Part shown: positions 28,331 to 51,582 of the stretch, piece after piece
How positions within the stretch are numbered: the stretch's first letter is position 1
How the letters are laid out: the number at the start of each line of letters is the position of its first letter
Origin: Paraspadella gotoi
Lineage: Eukaryota; Animalia; Chaetognatha
DNA length: 64,000 nucleotides
Assembly: GCA_051294375.1 (NCBI GenBank)
Contig: CM119269.1
Coordinates: forward strand, 8,877,619 to 8,941,618
Direction: 5' to 3'
Made by a program: the position numbers and the translations under genes
Notes under the pieces: generated by a model
Database searches by the model: none
Told to the model about the DNA's origin: nothing
The model's input: the letters and a program-made list of their open reading frames with translations, nothing else

Positions 28331-30383
28331 CGATCTCAAGCATTCCATTAGCGGCGCCGCGACGAATCCCTCCGGCGCCGCGGGTCAAACTTCCGGCGCC
28401 GTATCTTCTCCAGTCATGACATCCGGGTTGACCTCGCGAGCGCCGGCGACGCCGATGACGCCGCCAATGCCGACGACGCCTCCCTCTACGACTCGAAGAA
28501 TCGCCGCTGTCACCGCCGCCGTTGCAGCTGCCAACGCTGCCGCGGCGGCTGCAGCTGCTGCCGTTAAAACCGGCGCCGACGCTGCAGACGCTCGAGTTAA
28601 CAGAGGGGTGCCCGTGAAAGTGAGTTTAGAGCGGAAGACAAATGACGAATTCTATTTAATACAAATTTAACAAACTTATTTTCTTTCGACCCACAGTCCC
28701 AGCCCCACCCAGCACAACCCGGACCTCAGTCCCCACCCCATCCGCCCCACCCTTCCTTCCCAGCCCCACCAATCCCTCCATCCGTACCTCTTCTCCCCCA
28801 GCAGCCAGCGTCACCTCCGAGACAGCGCCGCTTCGTAACGACGCCGACGGCGACGACAAAGGCAACGCCCATATTGGCGAAACCGGCGTCTTCTCAAACA
28901 ATCGCGTTGACGACGCCGCCATCGATAGGCGTCACCGGCGCCGCGAAGATCGAAGAGGGCGTCGTGACCGTGGCGTCGCGAATGGCGCCCGTGGCGGCGG
29001 ACGGAATCTCGGCTACCGGAATCACGGCGCCGGGATTTGCGGCGTCGACGATGGAACCGGAAATTCTACGAGAAGAGGAGAAGGCAGCGTCGATGCCAAA
29101 ATNNNNNNNNNNAGAGAAATCTACAGCGATGTAGAAAGAAAAAAGAAAGATAGACAGACTGACGGAGAGACATGTGGAGAGATGTAGAAAGAAAAATGTA
29201 CAGATTAACAAAGAGAAGTCTGCACTCTGCAGTGATGTAGAAAGAAAGACGGATGGAGTGACGAAGAGACAACTGCAGTGATTTAGAAGGAAAGATGGAT
29301 GGAGTGACGGAGAGAAAACTGCAGTGATGTAGAAAGATAGACGGACAGACTGACAAAGTGACATCTGCAGGTATGTAGAAAGAAAGACAAACAGATGGAC
29401 GAAGAAACATCTGCATTGATGTAGAAAGAAAGATGGACAGACTGACGGGGAGACGCCAGTAATGAGGTAGAAAGACAAGTCGTTGAGATGCTGTCTTATA
29501 ATTTAGCGCTGTCTGGTGGGCTTTTCAGGGAAGACGTGACGACTCGCAAAACGAGAAACCTTTTTTCTTCTCGTATTCTTGTCTTATCGTTTCAAACATT
29601 TACTACATTAACTGACTATATATTCAGTTAATTTTTGCATTCTGTTTATAATCAAATAACCAGTATTACTAAATGTATAAACTCAGAAAGTTTCAATTTT
29701 CTTGAAATCGGTACAAGGAATCTAAAAATTATTATTATTTTAAAAAAGAAGCTTAATTAAAACAAATGACATTTTTAACATTATAACGAGAGTTTAACTC
29801 CTAATCTCTCGCTCCTCGACCACCACAGAGAGTTTGGACATGACGCCGTCGAGAAGAAATTTCGTTGTGTCGCCGACGAAGACTCCGACTCTCGTCGTCG
29901 ACGTCGCCACCACTTCTCCCCTCGCGCCGCCAACCTCGGCGCCTCTTCCGGCGCCGACTTCTTCTAGTCTATCGACTCCGACTTCTGCGTCTTTAAAATC
30001 TCACGCGACGCCGACGATCCTTCCTACGGCGCCTCTACTCACAACGCCAAGCGACGTTATCGCGACGCTCATCGACACTCCGGCGGCGTCGTTGTCTTCC
30101 GAAACTCGATCGACCTCTTCGGCTTTGACGTCGCCGTCGGTCATAAAAGGATCCGTCAATGCCACGCCCACTACCTTCCCCATCTCCTCCCCCACCACCC
30201 CGTCATCCGCTCCCACCTCCGCCGCCCTTCCGCGCTTCGCCCTCGACGGAGTCCACTTCCGGTTGTCCGGCGAATTCGACGACGCCGATTCTGGGTCATT
30301 TCCGGCGTCGTCTCCGTCGACGGCGCCGATCGCCTCGAGTCTCAGTTCCGGATTTTCATTCTCATCACCTCACGGCGTTAAAA
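28331..30383 (+). CDS. Mucin-like S/T/P/A-rich protein, partial
   Basis: Exons 28331-28619, 28802-~29102 (N-gap) and 29829-30383 with AG/GT boundaries. First exon not found; candidate phase-1 last exons start at 30772 or span 32578-32675. Confidence 0.5.
29113..29478. repeat. ~45-bp minisatellite (CTGCAGTGATGTAGAAAGAAAGA... units)
   Basis: About 8 diverged units visible next to an N-gap. Confidence 0.8.
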
Positions 30384-30503
30384 GTGAGTTTTTATTATTT
30401 ACTTTATTTAGTCTTATTATATTTATTTTTATTCATCAAACTTTATACTTTAATTAAATATAAAATGACAATTCATAATTAATTAATTTATTAATTTATT
30501 AAT

Positions 30504-30590
<87 letters not shown>

Positions 30591-31080
30591 TTAATTTATT
30601 TATTAATTAATTTATTTATTTAATTAATTAATAATTAATTAATTAATGTTTAAATCTGACTCAATCTTGGCCAGTTAAATTTTTTAAACTCTTACTCATA
30701 AGTTCCTATTTCTCTTCTAAACTAAATCCTGGTTATCTTCTCTATTATTATTAGTCGAATCTGCTTCTCAGCAGATCCCAACTCTATAATCCACCTTGGC
30801 GGTCCGTCGGTCCGCGCCCTCATTTACTTACTAAGTCTTAGATCATGTCAGAACCTCAAATTAAGATAAATCATACAAAAGATTATGTCATAATTGGATG
30901 GATAGATTGAGATGAAATTTTGTGTGTGGGTAGGAAAGTGTGTGTTTGAGCAGGATATAAAGTTTCGATTGAATCAAGGAGTGGAAATGAGTTTGCATGG
31001 AAAAAACTAGTCAAGTTGACTTGAATTTTTATTATTTATGCTTACTCAATTTTAGTAATTAATTAATTAATTAATTAAAG

Positions 31081-31740
31081 TGAAAAATGATGCATTTTGA
31101 AAAAAAAGGATGCAAGTTAAAAAAATGATGTAAGTTAAAAAAAAAAATCAAGTTAAAAAAATGATGCAAGTTGAAAAAATCAACGCAGAGAATGGATTAT
31201 CAAGTAGCTTGCCCCTCTTGGCTTCTCCATCTTTTCTTTTGATTGACCAAACAGAGAGGAGGCTTTCCTCAGGAAACCGACGGTAGAGAAACACGAGAGG
31301 AAACTGGATCACTCTTCAACTTACCTTCAAGAAACTAACATCAAACTCCTTATGGATTATTCGTTTTATTGTTTATTGCCTGCCTTTTTCTTTGCATAAT
31401 CTACATATTTTATATGTTAATTATCATCATTCCAACGTGTTCTTATGTCAATAAAACTCCTTCTATTTCTCCCGTAATAAACCATGCCTACTTCCTTCAT
31501 TGTGGTGGCAGCAGTGGGATTCGAACGCCGCCTCCAAAGAGACTGGTGCAAGTTTAAAAAATGATACGAATTGAAAAATTGATGTAAGTTGAAAAAATTA
31601 TGCAAGTTGAAAAATTATGCAAGTTAAAAAAATTATGCGAGTTAAAAAATTATGCAAGTTAAAAAAATGATGCAAGTTTAAAAAATGATGCATGTTGAAA
31701 AAATGATGCAAGCTTGAAAAAATGATGGAAATTTAAAAAA
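31081..31740. repeat. ~19-bp minisatellite (ATGATGCAAGTTAAAAAAA) split by a ~370-bp insert
   Basis: Units at 31081-31180 and 31547-31740. Confidence 0.85.
31503..31549 (-). pseudogene. 3' half of mature tRNA-Leu including CCA (extended PBS-like sequence)
   Basis: Minus strand GCACCAGTCTCTTTGGAGGCGGCGTTCGAATCCCACTGCTGCCA-CCA matches the variable arm, T-arm and acceptor of metazoan tRNA-Leu(NAG). The 5' half is absent. Confidence 0.8.
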
Positions 31741-32089
31741 TAAAAATAGTTAACAAAATTATTTGTACTTTATTTGTAATTACCAGTTTACTCCCTTGCA
31801 AGCGATTTACATGTATTGGCGCAGCCACTGGTACGATCTGTTATGATCAGTTAGGATCACAAATTGAAAGAATTATCGTGATTTATCATCTGATTAGCTG
31901 ATTACCGCTTACCGCTTAAATATCGTAGTCCAGATCCGACATTGTTTGCTCAAACTTGTTTTTTTCCTTCTTTTGATATCATTTCATAATATTTTTCTTT
32001 TCTTCACATCCTTGTTTCGATTTGGATTCTGGTATTCATCTTTTCTCGCTACTATTTTGTTTTTTCTTTTAGAAAATACTTATCAAATC

Positions 32090-35000
32090 ATTGCTTTTAT
32101 CCCGAATTACATCCGGGTTCGATCATTTGTTTGGTTTCATTATATTTCGTGATTTAATAAAAAAAAAAACCGATGACGAAAAAAATTTTGTTTGTTTGTT
32201 TTGTTTGTTTGTTTCCTTTTCCTTGTCTTTATTTTTTAAATCTTTATCTTTTATTTCCGATCTTAAATTCACTTTCATTCCTTTCATTTTCTACAAATCT
32301 CCAAATCATCTAATTCTCCGACTCTCTTTCCCCAAATACACTCCCTCTCACCACCGGTCACCGCCCTCGTGATTTTTCGTGAATCACTCTGTGAATCACC
32401 CCGAACACCTTCTCTTCAAAATCCTTTCACCCCTTACCTTCGAACCGTCACTCTCACTCTCTGTGAATATCACATGCTCGTCCCAACGAAAATTCCTTTG
32501 GGGATTTTTGCTTCGACCCGCGATTTTATTATTATCATATATTTAAAATTATGCCCAAAAATACATCGGATTTCCAGCTGGGGAATCGGCTCCTGAAGCG
32601 GCTGCTTCGTCATCGGCTGCAGCGGCGTCTTCAGCAGCGGCGTCTTCTGCAGCGGCGTCGGCATCTCAAAGTTGAACGAAGCGGACATATAAAAAGCTTT
32701 TTATATAAATTATTGATTATTATTATTATTATTATTATTAGTATTATCATTATCATTAATATTACTATAATTTTCATAAGTATATAACAATATTTTTGTT
32801 ATATTTTGTTTATATTTTTCAGTAGTGCAAGAGGTAGTTTTAAATTGTAAAACTTAGTATAAATCGCTTAGAATTAATCCAATTTTTTAAAGCAAGGTGC
32901 CAAAGATTTTGCAGCGACATTTAATCATTATGTTTGTTTTCTTTGTAGTCGATAACTTTTGTTCCGTCGCATCCAATTCTTTTTCTCTCTTTTTCCAGAA
33001 TCTTCTCGAAGATTGTCGTTGTTGTTGTTATTGTCTGTCAGAGAAGATCCTTGGACTCCCGCTGTGACATCCTCTCTGTCTCTATCTCAGTCTTTGTCTA
33101 CTAAGATTCCACAAGGTTCTCGCACTCATCTTCCCAGTCGNNNNNNNNNNNNNNNNNNNNNNNNNNNNNNNNNNNNNNNNNNNNNNNNNNNNNNNNNNNN
33201 NNNNNNNNNNNNNNNNNNNNNNNNNNNNNNNNNNNNNNNNNNNNNNNNNNNNNNNNNNNNNNNNNNNNNNNNNNNNNNNNNNNNNNNNNNNNNNNNNNNN
33301 NNNNNNNNNNNNNNNNNNNNNNNNNNNNNNNNNNNNNNNNNNNNNNNNNNNNNNNNNNNNNNNNNNNNNNNNNNNNNNNNNNNNNNNNNNNNNNNNNNNN
33401 NNNNNNNNNNNNNNNNNNNNNNNNNNNNNNNNNNNNNNNNNNNNNNNNNNNNNNNNNNNNNNNNNNNNNNNNNNNNNNNNNNNNNNNNNNNNNNNNNNNN
33501 NNNNNNNNNNNNNNNNNNNNNNNNNNNNNNNNNNNNNNNNNNNNNNNNNNNNNNNNNNNNNNNNNNNNNNNNNNNNNNNNNNNNNNNNNNNNNNNNNNNN
33601 NNNNNNNNNNNNNNNNNNNNNNNNNNNNNNNNNNNNNNNNNNNNNNNNNNNNNNNNNNNNNNNNNNNNNNNNNNNNNNNNNNNNNNNNNNNNNNNNNNNN
33701 NNNNNNNNNNNNNNNNNNNNNNNNNNNNNNNNNNNNNNNNNNNNNNNNNNNNNNNNNNNNNNNNNNNNNNNNNNNNNNNNNNNNNNNNNNNNNNNNNNNN
33801 NNNNNNNNNNNNNNNNNNNNNNNNNNNNNNNNNNNNNNNNNNNNNNNNNNNNNNNNNNNNNNNNNNNNNNNNNNNNNNNNNNNNNNNNNNNNNNNNNNNN
33901 NNNNNNNNNNNNNNATAAATTAAATTTCGACACGAAAAAGCTTTTAGCCCGCTTCGCTCCACCAAAAAGCCCCTGGTCAAAGGAGCAACCATCGGCATCA
34001 CTTAGACCTATGCAAAACTTCTCATAGAAGCAAGAAGCCGCTCCACTTGGATCTGACTACGACTCCACGCGGAATCCACAGCGAAGGGATCATCCAATCA
34101 GAGCTTTTCAAGGTTGTCCCGCGCAAAAGGGTCGGAGCGACGGGTCGGGCTTTTTTCGACGAGGAACAGCCCGACGGGGCCGTGGAGAGCCACGAGGCCG
34201 GGGAATGGTTGGCGGATGCGTCGCCTCTCTCGGTAGTGTCCCTCGAAGGGTCTTCTCCAATCGACGGTGAGGCTCACAAATTGTCGGCTTCAGTGTCGTT
34301 CGCCTTTGTATCGGTCGCTACCCGCCAAACACCCTCCTTCGAATCGCCCGTCGGTCTCCCAACACCCCCGACTCTGATGACCCCGCTCACACCTCAGCCA
34401 CTCTCTCCTTTCTCAGCTTTTGTCCTTCCCTGCTGTCGCATTTCCGTTTTTGATCGTTTCAACCATTTTTGTTTTTTTGGGGGTATTATGTTTTGCTATT
34501 TTGTTTCGGTCCGCAATGTTTGTTTATTTTTGTTTTTAAACTAACAATTTATATCGTTTCCCGCGCAACTAATTTTCGACGCTCAAACTCCCATACGTTC
34601 TCTTGAGGTTTGACGATATGCAAAAATCAATATTTAAACCATATGTTTGCAAATATATATATATACGCGCTAAGATTGAGTATTTGCAAATATATACATT
34701 GGCAAATGCACGAATGAGTTTGTTTAAAAGTGGACTTGTCACTAAACTGAAATTAGCAATTCTATCATTTGACGAACTTTTACTTTTTAATTTTTTTTTT
34801 GCATTGACGTAAATCTTTGCATTCATCGTATAAAAAGGTAAAAAACTCGGAAGCGGACTTGCTCGGCAACCTTTTTCTTTAGATTTAATATATTTTTTTG
34901 GTTTTTTTTCTTCTTTTTTTCTTGCCTTTTTTCTTCCAATTGAAAGAAATCCTTCGTATTGATTTTATCCAGAATAAAAAATACTAAATGCGTAAAACAA

Positions 35001-38000
35001 ATTCAACATTTACCTTTTTTTTTGGAAGGTCGTCTACCCTTTCCGCATTCATTGCTTTTATCCGAATTACATCCGGGCTTCGATCATGTGTTTGGTTCAT
35101 GTGATATTCGTGATTTAATAAAAAAAAAAACCGATCACGAAAAAAAGTTTTAGTTTTGTTTGTTTTGTTGTTTGTTCCTTTTCCTTGTCTTTATTCGTGT
35201 TTGAAATCTTTATCTTTTATTTCCGATCTTAAGAGTTCAGCTTTTCAGTTTCTTTCATTCTTCTACAATCTCCAAATCACTAAATTCTCCGAGCCTCTGG
35301 TTCCGCCAAATACTGATCGCAGCTCACACTGCGAATCCAGGTCAAGCCGCTCCTCTGTGATTTTTCGTGAATCACTCTGTGAATCAGGCCATCCGACACC
35401 TATCTCCTTCAAGATCCTTTTCATCCCCTTACCTTCGAACGCGTCACTCTCACTCTCTGTGAATATCATCATGTCTGCGTTTTACCAACGTAGATAATTC
35501 CTTGTGGGGATTCCTGTGGACTTCGGCACACCGGAGTTGAGTTATAATATCATGTAATTATTTATACATTATGCCCAAAATACACGGATTTCAGCTGGGG
35601 GAATACGGCTCCTGAAGCGGCTGCTTCTCATGCGGGCTGCAGTCCGCGCGTCTTCAGCAGCGGCGTCTTCATCGCAGTGACGCTTCACATGGCGGTCGGC
35701 TGCAGGCATCGTCAAAGTTGAAGAAGCGGACATATAAAAGCTTTTATATAATTAATTTATTTTGTTATTAGGATTATCCTTAGATATTATCATTATCATT
35801 CAATATTACTATAATTTTTCATAAGTATATAGTAGTAAAGAATTTTTTGTTAGTGGGATGTTTTTAATATATGTGCGTCCGAGTAGTCTGCCTTTATGTG
35901 GTTATGATCTTTTTATAATTAGTGGAACAAAGGTACTAGTATTTGAAATATGAATCGACTATGAGAGAACGTTAGAATGCCACCATTTTGGTTTAGACAG
36001 CAAGGTGGCCACACAGCATTTTGCAGCGACAGTTTAATCATTATGTTTTGTTCCGTTTGTGGAGTGCGTATAACGATTTGTTGTTCCGTTCGACATCCAA
36101 TTCCTTGTTTACGTGCTCATCTTTGTTCCAGAAGAGTCTCTTTCTCGAAGATTGTTCGTTGTTGTTGTTAGTCGTGATCACGAGAAGATACTGCTTGGAC
36201 TCTCCGCTGTGACATCACTTCTCTTCTTCTCGCTGTCAGTCTTAGTCAGTCTTGTGTCTACTAAAGCATTCGCACAAGGTCTCGCACATCATCTCCTCCC
36301 ACGGCTCACAGGTTGACCAACATTCGTGCGGATCACTTGACCCTGACCGCCTGAGACTGACTCGGACTTCTGCGGAGTGCGAATGATCAAGAATAATAAA
36401 TTTGGACCGCTTATAACATGTATAAGGAAAATAGACAATGAAAAAAAAGAATAACAACAAGGAAAGGTACTTCGCGAAAAATACTTGTGGATAATCAATC
36501 ATATTCTTTTTTCAAGTTTTAAATTAAAAGTTAATAAATAATTAACTTCATTCAATAACAAAAAAAAATTAAAACTAATGTAATGAAAATAAATAAACGG
36601 TTTCCACGAGGAATTCGAATCCCTTGGGGACCAAAACCCAATCCCTCATTCTTCTCAGAATAAAGAAAAAATATCTCTCTTATGTCGGAATATATTTCAA
36701 CGTATAAAATTAATCGACGAAATTCGAATTAACTGTTTTTTTTCTGTTTTCTCAATTTAAAACTTACAAAAAAAATAAAAAACAATATAAAAAAAAGTTT
36801 GGATTATTGTAAGGACCCGTCTACATAAAGTAGACGGTTGCATCGTACAAACTGGATTGAACAGAATTTACAATTATTATTGGAGTCTGAATTTAGTGTA
36901 TCGCGATCTGATGAATGACTGTCCGTTTTCGTTTCGCTTAAAAATAATAAATTAGAAAATAATAATTTCCTTGAAGCACAAAAAAAAAAAATTTATCTGT
37001 GAGGGTTGGCTTTTTGTTTTTTTTATTCTCTTTTTTTTGCTCTTTTTTTAAAAAAATATTATGCACTTTGGGATAGACGTTTGATGAGAGATAGAAATTT
37101 GTTGAGGTGGTAATTGTGAAATTCTAACACTCAGATATTCATACATTTTGGTGTCCCATTTTTATTGACTACAAATATTGTTTTATATAATACACGAATT
37201 ATAGTATATGTAAAAAGATAAATCTAAATTTGAGACCAACGAAAAAGCTATTAGGCCCGCTTCGCTCCTACCAAAATGCCCCTGGTCAAGAGGAGCAGAC
37301 CGCATCGCATCACCTTTAGACCTAGCATAAACTTCTCATAGAAGCATAGAAGACCAGCTCCAACTGATCTGAAAGACTCAGCACGCGCGTCCGCACACAA
37401 GCAGGATCAAGACCAATCAGAGCTTCCTTCACGGTGTACTGTCTCCCGCGCAAAAAGTGGTCGGAGCGACGGGTTCGGCTTATTTACTTCGACGAGGAAC
37501 AGCGCCACAGGGCCGTGGACGAGCCACGAGGCTCGGGGAATGTGTTGGCGGCATGCGGTCGCCTCTCTCTGGTAGTGTCCTACATCGAAGGGTCTCCTAC
37601 TCTCAATCCGATCTGCCGTGAGGCTCACAAATTTGCTCGCTTCAGTGTCGTTCGCCTGTTGATTCGGTCGCTTATTCTCGCCAAACACCCTCTCTATCGA
37701 ATCGCCCGTCAGAGTCTCCACCCGACCTTGACCCACACTCCGTCACACCAACCTACCTCACCGTCGTACCCCACTGTACCCCGCTACACTCGCCGCACAC
37801 CCTAACTACCACACCCCCACACACTACCCCACCTCACTCACCCACCTACCAGTCACCCCCTCATCCGGTCTCCCACCCCTCTAACGCCACCGCCACTCTC
37901 TCCTTTCTCAGATGTTTTGTCCTTCCCTGCCTGTCGCATTTCCGTTTTTGATCGTTTCAACCATTTTTGTTTTTTGGGGTATTATGTTTTTGCTATTTTG

Positions 38001-38540
38001 TTTCGGTCCGCAATGTTTGTTTATTTTTGTTTTTAAACTAACAATTTATATCGTTTCCCGCGCAACTAATTTTCGACGCTCAAACTCCCATACGTTCTCT
38101 TGAGGTTTGACGATATGCAAAAATCATATTTAAACCATATGTTTGCAAATATATATTATATACGCGCTAAGATTGAGTATTTGCCAAATATATACATTGG
38201 CAAATGCACGAATGAGTTTGTTTAAAAGTGGACTTGTCACTAAACTGAAATTAGCATTCTATCATTTGACGAACTTTTACTTTTATTTTTTTTTTGCATT
38301 GACGTAAATCTTTGCATTCATCGTATAAAAAGGTAAAAAACTCGGAAGCGGACTTGCTCAGCAACCTTTTTCTTTAGATTTAATATATTTTTTTGGTTTT
38401 TTTTCTTCTTTTTTCTTGCCTTTTTTCTTCCAATTGAAAGAAATCCTCGTATTGATTTTATCCAGAAATAAAAACATACTAATGCGTAAAACAAATTCAA
38501 CATTTACCTTTTTTTTTGGAAGGTCGTCTACCCTTTCCGC
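32090..38540 (+). repeat. ~3-kb tandem duplication (32090-35050 / 35051-38540) around an N-gap
   Basis: Collinear blocks, e.g. 34410-35046 matches 37895-38539. The second copy carries scattered 1-2 nt insertions. Confidence 0.85.
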
Positions 38541-38633
<93 letters not shown>

Positions 38634-39205
38634 GTCACTTTTCTTAGTAAAATAAATTTAAAAGCGATTTTTTAGTTCGGATACGAAGTCGCCACGCATG
38701 TCACTCTGTATCAGCACAGGACAGGTTCTCGTTAAGGTGGCAATTAAGAGAGAGAGAGAGGAGAGAGAAGAAGAGAGAGAGAGAGAGAGAGAGAGAAAGA
38801 GNNNNNNNNNNNNNNNNNNNNNNNNNAGAGAGACTTACGGATTGGAATCCAGTGCTATTGCGCCTCTAGAGGCTAAAGGCCGTTATGAAACCCTCCGCTC
38901 TCCAGGTTCCAATACAGGTTCAGCTTTTTAATTCGCGTAATGATTACAGTTTTAAAACAAAATGTTAACAAACGTTACAAAGACTAACAAAAAGTACACG
39001 AGGGGGACTTTAATTTAAAAATAACCAAATATTTCTCGCATTTCGTCTAATCAATTAGAAACATCGCCTTTTTCTACCCACGTGCATTACAAGCGCCATC
39101 TTCACAACTGCTGGCACCCGACAGAATTGAGAAAACGACGAATGAAGTGACAAATCACTCGATCAATCAATCAATCGATCTGCTTCTCTAACGTCAAAAC
39201 TAAAC

Positions 39206-49022
<9,817 letters not shown>

Positions 49023-51311
49023 GGAAGGCATGGTCGAGACATGGAACATTCATGTCGGCATGACAGAGAAGTAGTGGCGTAAAGGTTCCTGTCGACATGC
49101 CGGAATGGGTGAAGATTATTTGTTGACATGAAAGAGATGAGGGAACATTTCATGTCGGCATGGCTAAGAAGTAAGAGAGTGAAGATTCCGATCAACATGA
49201 GAGGAGAGGATGAAAATTCATCATTCCTGAGACGGGGAACATTCATGATGAATAGAAGAAATATCAATGTCATCATCGACGGGTCGGGAAAAACCCGAGC
49301 GAGACGGAAAGAAATCACCAGGGAGGATCTGAGGGAATCAAATTCGGGTCATACTGATTCGTACTGCATTGTGGCATGAGCGAGTGTACAAAGATTCAAA
49401 GACATCCATCTCATCTGGTTGAAGACAAGCGATGTTAACATGGATGAGATGAAAAACGCCGATAAATGGGAAAGAAATTTGTAAATTGAAGGGAATATAT
49501 TAACAAAACTTGATTGCATTTATAACTGTTAGGATAATTTTTTTAAACAAAAAATTATACACAATAAACAAAAAATAAAAATTGTAAATGAAATATTTAT
49601 ATGAGATTTAAAGAGAAGGAATTAAATTTTTTTAACGGCAGGGACGAAGCTTCATCGTGATTCTCCGCAAACAGGAATCCCGAGCTGTTTCTTGAGTAAC
49701 GGAGTGTGCCAAGCCGACCTGGTCACCTCCTCCCCCTCTTCCTCCCCTTCTCCCACCCCTCACTCCCTCTCACCCTCTCTTCCTTCATCTTAGTAGGCCA
49801 GGTCGACCTCCCGACCCTCCTCCCTCCCTTCTCGTCTTTTCCTCTATCTCTCCCCACCATCTTTAAACCGCATTCTCGCTGCAGCCTCTCTAAACATTGT
49901 TATCTTCTCCCTCAGCCAGGTTTGAGAGTGAAGTCGTCCCTCAAGTGTTTATAGAAGTTTGTCAAAATATTGTATGTCAAAAATATAACTAATAAGTAGC
50001 TTCTTGAGTTTATCTTGAGTGCACAACTATCTGATATCGAGACTTTCTTATAAAGGGAAAAAAAGTAATATTTGATATTAATAATAATTTGGGGAAATAA
50101 TTATGAACAAAATCTTTTGTTTTGGAGTTTGGATATTCTGCTATTGAATCTGTGTTGGGCATTACGATAGTAGAGAAAGAGTCTGACTTTGGCCTCAGCA
50201 TAACCAGGGTCCGAAAAAATTTCGATCTCAATTTCCGTTGAGCTTAATTTATAAATAATATTTTTGTATGACCAACTGTCTAGGTTTCATAGAGATCTGA
50301 ACGTCTTTGAAATTCCTTGGACGAGATGGCTAGTCCTTTTCTTAGATGTTACATTGTTTATTGTTAACGAGGCCCATCAAAGTACGAAAATACAAGCATA
50401 CAACTGATAATTTGTTGTGATTCATAGGCAAAGATTATTTATTATATTCTGATCTCAGGGTATTTATGATATTTAGAATCTCTAGAATAAATTTAAAAAA
50501 AAATTATTTTGAAAAGGTAATCTTGTAACTTTCATATCGTAATAGATCAATGTTAGAAAACTTTTATTAAAATTTGGGCATTGTAGTAGAGAAATATAAA
50601 GCATATGTAGTCTTTATAGAGTAGAAAACTCTTTGTTTTCATGTTACTTTCAAAAGTTTCCATACTTAAAAAAAAACAATATATGCCTTACTTCCACCAT
50701 AAACATTTGTAAATATGTAAAAGAGTATATGTATATACATACCAGAAACAAAACAAACCAAAGTAATGAATATTTATTTTTTGTTCTGGTTTTTTTTATT
50801 TTTAAAAAGCTTACAATTGACATGTTGTTCCATTGACTTCCAATTCCACACCCTTGCAATCTACAATGTCACTTGCACCTTGAACTATTTCATTCAAAAT
50901 CTTTCGCTGCATAAATTTGCAATCAAATTATGAATCTTGCATTTTCGTTGATCAAATTTGTTTGATAATTTGTAGTACAAAGTTAAAAGTTACATTGTCC
51001 GTTCTGTTGTAGTAATAGTTTTTTTTATTACAAATCCCCTTTTGTATGCGACTTTGTAAAATCAAAGTATTAGGTAAAAATTGCCGAATTCAATTACAAA
51101 ATGTTCTAGTTGGGTTGATCCTTTTTTACATTGTTGATGCAATAATGTTATTAATGCTGTAAAAATATTTATTTTTTAACTCGTGTGTTTTTGAAATAAA
51201 GTGATTCTTTCTTAAAAATGTAAAATTGTAAAACACTTTGAGTTAGATTTGGGTTCCATAAAAAATTGTTTGCATTATTATTGAAGTTAGTTTGCTCGCT
51301 CGCTCGCTCGT

Positions 51312-51375
<64 letters not shown>

Positions 51376-51582
51376 TTGAGTCGCGTGATCTCACGCGAGT
51401 TTTCGTCGTCTTCTGCCATACGACCTTCCGTGTTTCTCAACATGAAGTCTCTTACCTTGAGGTCGCAGGCCATGGCCTCATTTGCCTCATTGGCCTCAGT
51501 GGCTTCATTTGTCTCATTGGCCTCATTTGTCTCATTAGCCTCATTGGCCTCATTGACTTCAATCAGCGCAGAATCGATCACA

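Noticed and set aside
32959-34001. Long ORFs composed of X
   Set aside because: They span the 33141-33914 N-gap.
34047-34544. 165-aa ORF in the duplicated block
   Set aside because: No recognisable motif or clear splice partners, and it lies beside a gap.
32090-38540. 3-kb tandem duplication as a biological event
   Set aside because: The second copy has the scattered-insertion pattern of uncorrected long-read gap filling beside an N-gap, so it is probably an artefact.
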